Shown: positions 53,488 to 64,000 of the stretch, one piece after another
Numbering within the stretch: the first letter of the stretch is position 1
How the letters are laid out: every line of letters begins with the position of its first letter
Origin: Chiloscyllium plagiosum
Lineage: Eukaryota
DNA: 64,000 nt
NCBI RefSeq assembly: GCF_004010195.1
Contig: NC_057722.1
Location: 65,789,932 to 65,853,931 of the forward strand
Direction: 5' to 3'
Notes under the pieces: model-generated
Database searches by the model: none
Seen by the model: only the letters and a program-made list of their open reading frames with translations
What the model was told of the DNA's origin: nothing
Translations under genes and position numbers: made by a program

Positions 53488-55035
53488 TTCTAGAAGGAAT
53501 GAAAGTAGGCAAGTCCCCTGGGCCAGATGGGATTTATCCAAGGATTCTCTGGGAAGCTAGAGTGGAGATGACGGAGGCTTTGGCTTTGATCTTTGAGTCA
53601 TCATCATCTACAGGTTTAATACCAGGGGACTGGAGGATTGCAAATGTTATGCCCTTGATCAAGAAGGGCAGTAGAGATGACTCAGGTAATTATAGACCAG
53701 TGAGCCTTACTTCTGTTGTAGGAAAAGTTTTGGAAAGGAGTATAAGAGTTAGGATTATAATAATCTAACAAACAACAATTTGATTTCAGATAGTCAACAA
53801 TGGTTCTGTCAAGGGCAGATCGTGTCTCACAAACCTCATTGAGTTTTTAAGAAGGTGACCAAGCATGTAGATGAGGATAGGGCAGTTGACGTGGTGTACA
53901 TGGACTTCATTAAAACCTTTGATAAAGTTCCACATGATAGGCTGATGGAGAAAATGCAGAGGCATGGGATTGAGGGTGATTTAGCAGTTTAGATTAGAAA
54001 CTGGCTTTCTGAAAGAAAGCAGCGAGTGGTGGTTGATGGAAAATATCCAGCCTCGATCTGGTTACTAGTGGTGTGCCAGAAGGGTCTATTTTGGGACCAC
54101 TGCTGTTTGTCATTTGTTTAAGTGACTTAGACGCAGGCATAAGTGAATGGCTTAGTAAGTTTGCAGATGACACCAAAGTCAGTGGAGTAGTAGACAGTGT
54201 GGAAGAATGTTACAGGTTGCAGGGGGACTTGGATAAACTGCAGGATTTGGCTGAGAGGTGGCAAATGGAGTTCAATGCAGCTAAATGTGATGTGATTCAC
54301 TTTGGGAAGAATAACAGGAAGGCAGAACATTGGGTCAATGGAAAGATTCTTGGTAGTGTGGATGTGCAGAGGGATCTTGGAGTCCACATACACAGATCCC
54401 TGAAAGTTGCCACCCAGGTTGATAGTGCTGTTAAGAAGGCGTATGTTGTGTTAGATTTCATTGGTAGAGAGATTGAGTTCTGGAACCATAATGTCATGCT
54501 GCAACAATACACAATGCGAGTGTGGCCGCACTTGGAATATTGTGTGCATTTCTGGTCGCCCCATTACAGGAAGGATGTGGAAGCATTGGAAAGGTGCAGA
54601 GGAGATTTACCAGGATGTTGCCTGGTCTGGAGGGAAGGTCTTATGAGGAAAGGCTGAGAGACTTGGGTCTGTTCTCATTGGAAAGAAGAAGGCTAAGAAG
54701 GGATTTGATAGAGACATACAAGATGATCAGAGGAATAGAGAGGGGAGACAATGAAAGTCTTTTTCCAAGGATGAGGACGTCAGCTTATACGAGGGGGCAT
54801 AACTACAAATTGAGAGGTGATAGATTTAAGACAGATGTCAGAGGCAGGTTCTTTACTCAGAGAGTGGTAAAGGTGTGGAATGCCCTGCCTGCCAATGTAG
54901 TTAACTCAGCCACATTAGGGAGATTTAAACAATCCTTGGATAAGCACATGGATGATGGTGGGATAATGGAGGGGGATGAGCTTAGATTAGTTCACAGGTT
55001 GGCACAACATTGAGGGCTGAAGTGCCTGCTCTGTG
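53488..55035 (+). mobile_element. Continuation of the same CR1 LINE (RT to 3' tail)
   Basis: MKVGKSPGPDGIYPRIL follows directly from EQLLSI at about 51000; NYRPVSL, PEGSILGPLLF, KFADD; tail GTTCTATGTTCT. Confidence 0.92.
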
Positions 55036-57309
55036 CTGTACTGTTCTATGTTCTAAAAGCATAGCTTTTGTTTTTACATATACTCTTAGCACCCAATCTT
55101 CTTCACCATCATCATTCTTATCTTCTTCAGTTCAGCTAAATTATCAGACTGTTTATCAAACATTTAATGCTGGATAAACAGAAATGTCTTCCAATTAATA
55201 TTGAGAAGTATGAAGTGACTGGTTTTGTTCTCTCATTGTTCTGGTAGTTTCCTCCATGCACCTTCCTCCTTCTCAACCTTATTTTCCAACTGTCATACAT
55301 TTCATACGATGTCACTATCAAATTAATGGGATGCCTGCATTTGTGCATTAAGTACCAAATATCCTTTCTGCAGAAACTTAGGCCGACTCTAAAAAACATA
55401 AGGAATATTTTAATTATGAAATTTATGTTCCATCAATGTTGCTCAACCTTACCAGCTAAGGATGGCATAAATTAAACCTATAGGATCTCGTTCTTGCAGG
55501 TCGTATATACTTGCTTGAAAATTCTCAATTTGAAATTTAGTCTTTTACTTCTTCTTCTTATTTTTCCTTTCTACTTTGCTCTCTCTCTTTCTGAATCCAA
55601 TTTTCCCTTCCTTAATTATTTCTCTTTCTCTACCCGATTTAACCCAAATTCACTCAATTTCTTTCTCCTCAGTTCTTCTTATTCTTTTTCAATGCTTAAA
55701 TCTCATTTGGTGAGGTGGTATACCTTTGGCCCTTTTACTCCTTGATTCCTCGATTACAAAACTAAATAATTTCAAATTGCAGAGGTAGAGAAAATTCTAC
55801 TTAACAAGACATTATACAAAATAGCCTGTTTCATTACATTCTGGGCTTGGATGCAATCATGTAGGTCATGCTTACTATATGTGTTCCTATCCTTAACATC
55901 GACCACTGGGATTCACCAAATAAAGGTGTAGCTGTGTGAATATAGATCAGAACCCACCAATGCAAAAACACTTCTGGATCTTATTGGCTCATGCCATGTG
56001 GAAGATGAAACCAGGTAAAAACAGGTGGTTAACCAATAACAGAGACCTGCTCAAAGTAAGAACAAGAGACGGAATAAACAGAATGCTCAGTCTGTTTAGT
56101 CAACAGTTCCATTATTAGTTTACCATGCAACTACCAGCAGAGTAGAAGGCTTATTTCTCTTTCAACAGTCCAACTTATGTTACTCTTATTCCGGTATATT
56201 TTTTTCTGATGGACAGAAAATTGAATATGTCACACACAAAAAAACAAACAAACAGGAATTCTGAACTGAATGCACTGATTTGACAGGAAAATAGGCGTTA
56301 CAATCAAAACAAAGAATAACTTGATTCAGCAGGCATGCAAGTGATAGACTTTATGATTGTATAATGCATAAAAGTATGCATTAATTTTATTCAATTAAGA
56401 AGACACTAATCCAGGAGTGATTGATTTTTAGAAATACTTTGAGATAGTTCAACAATAAGTGATCATTCATATATACAAGCAGATTTCTCTGCTTTCATAA
56501 ATTATGCCACAATCAAGAAACTGCTGTTGACAAATTCAAAATGTAAATCCAAAATGGAAATTAAAAATCCTGTTGTCAAGTTAAGTGAGTTAATGAACCA
56601 AGTTCACTTAATGTGACATAGAAGAATTGAACTATGTTCCACCCAGTCAAGTGCACTTGCTCTTAATGCATACACCCTGCTATTTCACTTAAGTTTAATT
56701 TTAATGTAATCTCATCTCCTTCGTGCTACCAAACAGTTGAGTGAGTGTATCCGTGGCAATAACAAAGCCTCAGGTGTCACTGCTGGTAATGTACAAGCGT
56801 TAAATAAAGTGTGATTATTGCACAGTCATTTAGCATCTGAGTCACTATGAAAACAAAAGGGAATTCTGAAAACTGGTTTACATTTTGCAATTGTCAAGAT
56901 CTTTCCACTTTATAAAGCATTTGATTTAAATTAATGAAATGTTACCAAATATTCACAGGATTTATCAGCAATCTATCACAGATCTATTTGCATTTCCCAA
57001 TGTATAAAACATAAATCACCAAGAAGGTAAAGACAATGCATTATTAATAAACACAATTTTTTTTAAATTTTCTAATGGTAGGACATTAGAAATACCAGAT
57101 CCTGAGCCTTTTATACTGATGCTTTCCTCCTTCCATAATTCTCAGCATGAATTTCATTCTAACATGTAATGCATTTTTTAAATAACTTACTATTAACTGA
57201 TTTAAAAGTATGAATCTTTTATTTTCAAATTACCAGTTTATTTAAAATAAATTTGTAGACCTATAAAAATAATAGAAAAAATTTGTAAATACATATGATA
57301 TAGGTTTAT

Positions 57310-58440
57310 AATGATGTATGCCAAAATGTTTTTTAAAAACTGCTGATATAAAAATATCAATCAGTATTTTAAATATGCTACTTATGTGAGTAAAAATAAA
57401 AGCATGACACATAAAATCTACGTACAGTTAAGCATTGGTAAACAGGTTGAATTAGATTGAATCGTGTATTAACTATTAAAATAGTTGAAATCAGACCACT
57501 TTCAATCAGGCTGCCGTCACGGGATTTCGCATAGAGCACCCCGTCCGTAATTTAAAGAAAAACCTTGGTCTAAAATAATTAGGCAACAATTTTAGTAGGC
57601 CTGTATAAATGGCATTTTATCAAAGAAAAGTCAATTCCTTGTCTATTAGTCATAGAGTCAATGAAATGTATAGTATGGAAACAGACCCTTCAGTCCAACT
57701 CATCCATGCTGACCAGATCTCCCAATCCAATCAAGTCCCATTTTCCAGCACTTGGCCCATATCCCTCTAAATTCTTCCTATTCATATACCCATTCAGATG
57801 CCTTTTAAATGTTGAAATTGTACCAGCCTCCACCACTTCCTCTGGCAGTTCATTTCATACATGCACCACCCTCTGCATAAAAAAGTTGCCTCTTAGGTCC
57901 CTTTATTCTCTTTCCCCTCTCACCCTATTACAGATTTAAAATTAAGAGCTTAGTATCAGGCAGTCTGACTTTGATGATATGCGAGGAAGGAAGCCCATAT
58001 GTTTGAAGATCTGTCAGTGGTAATGTTAATAAGAATACAGGATGCTGCTTGACTGAATCACCCTCCATGCTGGTTAGGTATTGGGAGAATCACCTGCTGT
58101 CGCCTTACATAACAGACTACTGTGTGACCATCTACATGTTGTGTCTGCTGTAGCAGGTCAAAGTATGGGTATTCAACAGGACACAAACATGATGAGATCT
58201 CATATGGACAGTGAAGAACTTGTCCATCCTAATTTCTGCACCTATATAATACCTACATTAATATACAAAGGTGTATACCAAAACTTGTTTAAAACTGCTT
58301 ATATAAAAAGTATTCTAAATATGTTAGTTATATGAGTTAAAATAAAAGAAAATGTAAAATATATATACAGGTTAGCATTGGTAAATAGATCGAACTTGAT
58401 TGAGTAGTGTATTAACTAGTTAAAACCAGACCACTTTCAT
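57310..58440 (+). repeat. Diverged local direct duplication of about 180-200 bp (57310-57505 and 58270-58440)
   Basis: Collinear blocks AAAACTGCT.ATATAAAAA, AGTATT.TAAATATG, AGCATTGGTAAA, GTGTATTAACTA, CAGACCACTTTCA. Confidence 0.8.
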
Positions 58441-58899
58441 AAATGCAGTTAAAGTGAAATCTTTGTACAAAATGAGGAGACAATAATTAAAACCAGTGTG
58501 ACCAACTACAGGATACTTAACTCAGGGACACATTGGCATGATGAAACTGTACCAGTGAGCGGGGAGGGGGGGTTCCTGGTAATTGGTCTGGATGCTGGCA
58601 AAACTGTAAGAGTGAGGTCATTGCTGACAAGTTTGTAATGACTGAGGGAACATACTTTAACAAGAGACAAAATGTGAATGCATACTGCATCTGTGTAGGG
58701 TTTAAGGTCTAAAATAGAGAACAAACTGTCTCCTGCCAGCAATCAATCCAGGACATGGGACAAGCATCATAAATGTGAAACCATCCAGTAAACTCATGAC
58801 ATTAGTCCTTGATCTGTTTGTTTTTAGTAGCTTGAATATGTAGTGTCAGCCTGTCCTATTACAGTGTTTATAATGTAATAGATTCACAGATTTACCACG

Positions 58900-59100
58900 A
58901 TAAAAGCAGAAAATGCTGCAAGTATTCAGTAGGTCATGTAGCATCCCTGGAAATAGGTGCAGAGTTGACATTTTTGGTTTATCTTTCATCAGACTGAGAA
59001 AAATAGAAAATCCAAGAGGTTTTAAGCTAATGAAAGGAGGAGGAAAACTGGGGGAGGGGGCTAGGTGTGGATAGAAATAAAACAAAAGAGCAAGTATGTG
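58900..59100 (-). mobile_element. Old Penelope-type terminal fragment
   Basis: AAAAGCAGAAAATGCTG..TCAGTAGGTC..GCATC terminus; minus-strand CTGATGA..AAAATGTC remnant. Confidence 0.5.
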
Positions 59101-60359
59101 ATAAGGTCTAACGCAGAACTGATTAAATGTCAAAATCATTTGTCATCCAGTACTGAAGGGACTGATAATGGGACAAATTAAAAATCAAAATTAATATGTC
59201 CATACAAGTTGCGTGTGGCAGTTTGATGAACAGCAACAATCTCAAAAGAAACAAAATAGAGAAGTCACAGAATGCTCTGATTACAACATTGCCTCTGAAT
59301 GTGGTCTTGTTAAGCACCATTGTGAGGGTTATGATGAATGTATTGTCCTTGGAACTTGAAAGAGGAAGCAAGTATGTTTACCATTTTAGTACAATTTCCG
59401 GTCATATCGAACATTTTGTGGACATTTTCTGTTGCCTCTTTTGCAAGCCCGCTCCCTTTTCTAGATAGTCTTCTTGTTCTCAGCAAATCACTTCAAGAAC
59501 TTTTAATTGTCAACTTCACCAACCAAATTTCTACTCAGCTACTTACACCCTTTAATATCACCTTGTGGTCATCTCTGGTCAAAGCAGAGAAACTTATTCT
59601 CTGTGGCTTCATTGACAACTGAGTCTGACAAATCACCAGGCATCAGTTCTGTAGTGATAATTGTCTCCACAACTACAAGCATTTGCATAGGTGACCAGAA
59701 TTGGACAAGATATTCAAAGGTGGACAAGGTCAATGCAACTGGAGGATATGGTATCTGAAATTGGAAATGGGAAAGGGAAGAACACCCTGGGCAATTGCAC
59801 TGTAAGCTCATAACATAGCCTGTTTAGTATTCAGTCCTACTCACTTCAGTAGTACAGAATGCTGGGTGTACCTTATGCCGGCAAAAGCAGTTCCGGAGTT
59901 TACTGTCACAGTCCATGTCCAATTTCAAAATCAATGCATTTAAAAAAAAAATGTGTACCGCACCAGTTTAGAATTTATCATTCAATAATTAATTTGTTTT
60001 TGTTGTTTGGTACTCTGCAGCCCATGCTAAATCAGCTTTCTATTCTCATTGAAATATTTTATTTCACCTCATGTCTTTGATTCCATCTTGTTTTAGATGA
60101 AACAAAAATGCATGTTATAATGCTTGTTAGTGCTTTAAGTACCACACGGGTTGATTAATAAGCTTGTACTTAAAACTGCCTCAGGCACCATATAATGATT
60201 CATTTGTCTTTCCATTAACTGTAGATCGACAATAGCACTGTTTAATTGCTCATTATATCAAAAATATTTTGTTTAATTGCTTTTATTACAAATTTAAAAC
60301 ACAAGTCTATAGCTTAACAAATATATAAACCTGAAACAAACCTGTAAAATACTCAGTAT

Positions 60360-60840
60360 AGGAGCAAATCACAGCAGATGCTGGATCTGTATTGAAATAA
60401 GAAGTGCTAGAAATCATAGTAAGGCAAGGACCATCCGTGGAGAGGGAACAAACTAATGTTTCAAGTCGAGATGATTCTTTATCAGAGCTGAGATGAAGTG
60501 TGGAGGGAGTAGTATTTTTACAATAGATGGGGAGTGGGGAGTGAAAGGGTACTAATTGTGCAGTTTAAGTGAATGAGTATATGAGAATGGCAGGACAATG
60601 ATGTGGCCAACGTTCAAGTGGAAAGAACAGATAGTCCCTCACTCCCCCATCTGCATTTCATAGGGACCATTCCCTCTGGGGCATTCTAGTCCATTCCTCA
60701 ATGACCACCAATACCACCTGTCCGCCCCACAGCACCTTCCCATGTGACCATAGAAAGTGCAACACCTGCCCCTTCACCTCCGTCCTGCTCACCATCCAAG
60801 GGCCTAAACAGACTTTTCAGGTTAAATTCCATACCTCCTC
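60360..60840. mobile_element. Penelope-like (Neptune-type) fragment with inverted terminal arm
   Basis: Minus arm of the same family as 26957 with a decayed hammerhead near 60452-60488; plus-strand peptide FPCDHRKCNTCPFTS...IQGPKQTFQV, the Cys linker preceding GIY-YIG in Neptune PLEs. Confidence 0.75.
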
Positions 60841-61039
60841 CCATCTGGTATCAAAGCGAACTGAACCTTTGACGCTCCTGTTTATATCTGTCAGCCAGGG
60901 ATCCCTGATTGGACCAGATTAACAGCCCCAATCAGGGACCTCTTATTCTGTGAGGTCACCTGGTTGACCCCATTACAATAAGGAACAAAGAACCAGCAGA
61001 GGAATTGAATAAGTATTTTACATCAGGATTATCTTCAGG

Positions 61040-61692
61040 CTAACATGCAAGGTCAGTTGACAGTTTGGAAGGCAAATGCAATGTTAGCATTCATTTCAAG
61101 AGGACAAGAATAGCAGAACAGAGGTATACTGCTGAGGCTGGTCTGATTTATTTGTAATGTTGTAGGCAGTTTTGGACTCTGTATCTAAAGAAGGATATGC
61201 TGGCATTGGAGGGCGTCCCAGGGAGGTTTACAAGAATGATTCAGGGGACAAAAAGCTTGTCATAGGCAGAGTGGTTGTGGACTCTGAGTATCTACTCAAT
61301 GAAGTTGGGGGATCTCATTGAAACTTACAGAATATTGAGAGATTTGGAGTGAGTGGATATGGAGAAGATGTTTCCACTAGTCGGAGAGACTCGGACTCAA
61401 AGACACAGCCTCAGCATGAAGAGACAACCTTTTAGAACTGAGATGAGGAGGAATTTCTTCAGCCAGAGGGTGGTGAATCTGTGGACTCATTGTCACAGAA
61501 AGCTGTAAAGGCAAAACCATTGAGTCTATTTAAAACAGAGATGGATAGGTTTGTGGTTAATAAAAGTTCAAAGGTTATGGGGAGAAGGCAGGAGAATAGA
61601 GTGGAGAAACATATCAACCATGATCAAATAGTGGAGCTGACTCAGTGAACTGAATGGCCTAATTCTGCTCCCATATTTTATTGTCTTATAGT
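61040..61692 (+). mobile_element. CR1 LINE 3' fragment
   Basis: FFSQRVVNLW and GDLIETYRIL remnants; TCTTAT tail. Confidence 0.8.
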
Positions 61693-62446
61693 CTATGGAT
61701 AACATGTATTTCAGATTTGGATAGACATCTGACTGCAGGGCATTAAGGGCCACTTCCACAAAAAAGAGAAACTCCAATAGGGAAATTCACCCACCTAAGT
61801 GTGTATTCCTGATTACCTTTAACACATCATTGATGGTAGCATTTTGATACAATCTCTGGAAATTCCTCTTTAGAGTTTCCTTTCTCTCCTTACCTGTTAT
61901 CATTTATGATCCTCCTTCGAAACTATCTCTTTGGCCAGGTTTTTGGTCACCTGTTCTAATGTTGCCTTACATACTTTGATGCCAATTTTGTTTTAATAGT
62001 GCTTATTTGAAGTGGATTGGGATGTTCATAGTGCTATTTAAATGCAAGTTCCATTTGTTGTAGTGCTTATTGTTAGCTCATAGGCAGGCATCACATCAAT
62101 TTCTAATTGATAGAATAAATTGGTAGAAAATCATGTAAGTACATGCAAGTTATGCCATTGTGTGCTGCTGGTGGGCGAGACTGCATCATGAGATTTAGAA
62201 AACTTTGTGCTATCCATGCATCTGAAGTTGAATTGCACCACCTTCATTCTGAAGTGGGTCTATAACTTCAATCTAATTATATTTACATAAACTTTTTAAA
62301 TACTTTTATGAGAGATGGACAACTCTGACAAGATCAACATTTATTGTTCATCGCTAATTGCCCTTGAAGGTTAGAGTTAGGGTTAACAAAACTGGATAAA
62401 AGTCTAAAATTGGGTAATTGGATGGAAAATAATTCTGCTTTGGAAA

Positions 62447-62665
62447 GTTAAAAATCACCAAGTTATAGTCCAACAGGTTTAATTGGAAGCACGCTTACTT
62501 TTGGAGTGCCACTCCTTCATCAGGTGGTTGTGGTCCACAACACCTGATGAAGGAGCAGCCCTCCGAAAGCTAGTGCGCTTCCAATTAAACCTGTTGGACT
62601 ATAACCTGGTGCTGTGTGATTTTTAACTTTGTACATCGGCCAACACCGGCATCTCCAAATCATGA
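62447..62665. mobile_element. Fold-back Penelope-type insertion about 670 bp upstream of gene C
   Basis: Same family as 28921; 12-bp TSD CTGCTTTGGAAA at 62435-62446 and 62666-62677. Confidence 0.85.
62541..62575 (+). ncRNA. Minimal type-I hammerhead ribozyme motif, fully intact
   Basis: CAC-CTGATGA-A-(GGAG cagcc CTCC)-GAAA-GC-TA^-GTG; stem I CAC/GTG, palindromic stem III AGCT. Confidence 0.78.
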
Positions 62666-63282
62666 CTGCTTTGGAAATACAGCTATGCACATTTTGTTTT
62701 CAAAATTTATGCTGTTATTTTATGATAACATTTATATATCAAGGTAACCCAACTAATTGAATGATAAACAATGGAACATGACTTTTATTTATTTTGGTCA
62801 GTGATAGGTGGATGATCTCCAGATAGGAGTATCTCTGCAATTTATTGATACAAAGTGCCATGAACATAAATTAAATATATGCCAAGGACAACTGCTGTAG
62901 GTTCAGTTAAATTTTATTAACTTTGCATTATTGTGTCTCATCATATTCTTTTGAATTTACTTCCCTTCAACGTTATTTCAAAACAGAAGTTATTGATCTT
63001 AACATTTCCAGTAGTGTTACGCAACTCCACTAATGGACAAGAGATTACTCCAGGGAAATCCTGTCCAGAAAGAAAAAATAAAATAGGCATTCTAGTTTTT
63101 CCGCATATATAATTTAATTTCTGTCCATCATTATAGATGACACTTCAGCTTGAGATTAAGTAGCCTTTAATTGCACTATCTATATGGGATGAATATTCTC
63201 AAGAGTGATGAGGGTTATATTTCCTTTACCTGGCCATGGGGAAATGTCATGGTTTCATTGCATTTAGTGTGAACTGTTTTTC

Positions 63283-63294
63283 TATATAAATGGG
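63283..63294 (+). promoter_or_regulatory. Putative TATA box of gene C
   Basis: TATATAAATGGG about 40 nt upstream of the ATG. Confidence 0.6.
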
Positions 63295-63330
63295 AAGGGT
63301 CCTATTGTTTTATAGTCAAATGAAGACAAG

Positions 63331-63542
63331 ATGACAGTGCCTTTGCTTCCAGCCTTGTTTTCTTTACTGCTCCCAACTCCTGTAGTAGCAGAGCCCAGCT
63401 GCAAGCCTAGAGCAATGCTTAATGTCTCGACCATCTTTGAGGATGGGGATGTGATCCTGGCTGGTTTGTTTCCAATCCATTACCGAATAATTCAACCAGA
63501 TTCATCCTTTCAAGTGAAGGCAGTAACACCACAGTGTGAGGG
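63331..63542 (+). CDS. V2R/OlfC receptor gene C, exon 1 (gene continues beyond the window)
   Basis: Signal peptide; EPSC...DGDVILAGLFPIH...PQCEG; donor GG|GTAGGT; 212 nt, same length and phase as gene A exon 1. Confidence 0.9.
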
Positions 63543-64000
63543 GTAGGTCTGCGCTTGACTGAACCACCTGTGAACGGAAATATTTCCAGGATTGGACAAT
63601 TAGCATCATCCCAGGTTCCTTTCCGCTGCTCACAAAATTCTGAGTAATTTTTGTATTTCGTATTTTGTAAAAAAAATTGATTAGAGAAGCATTTTGAACT
63701 GATGATCTGATAAGTTTAGGTTTACGTTTGCTATCAATTTATTCTGATCTGAAGTAAATAAACAAAAAGATCATAGTTCCATTGATATGGCTCTAAATCA
63801 CTTAATAGCTTCAGAATGTCTCATTGAAGCTGTTTGACAGGAGCGCTGAGCTGTGTAAAACATGCATGGGATTACATCCGTATCAAGTTGATAGTGAAAA
63901 GGTGATGGAGCTTGTTAACTGTTTCTCGACAAATAAGGTTAACTGGAGTTTTTCTCTTCTCATAACTTATAATGCCACTCACAACTTATAATATTCAGGC

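Noticed and set aside
59338-59811. Coding-looking composition on both strands
   Set aside because: Minus-strand frames tried contain stops and no recognisable homology; not a V2R exon

Overview
Eukaryotic, repeat-rich genomic DNA from a cartilaginous fish; the HE1-type SINEs, CR1 LINEs and Penelope-like repeats point to a shark. The window holds part of a V2R/OlfC (class C GPCR, CaSR-like) chemoreceptor cluster. Two intact six-exon genes lie on the minus strand: gene A at 9329-25925 (869 aa) and gene B at 30711-44512 (865 aa). Exon 1 of a third, divergently oriented gene C is at 63331-63542 (+). All exon junctions were reconstructed by hand with GT-AG ends and consistent phases. Most other ORFs in the track are transposon fragments or spurious, and there is one 500-N gap. 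The most striking non-genic signal is a set of fold-back Penelope-like insertions from at least four sequence families, most with 8-16 bp target-site duplications. They carry minimal type-I hammerhead ribozyme motifs (CUGANGA-stem II-GAAA-palindromic stem III-UH) whose stems covary between families. One insertion duplicated the exon-4 splice donor of gene A exactly in frame. Repeat boundaries are approximate unless a TSD is quoted.
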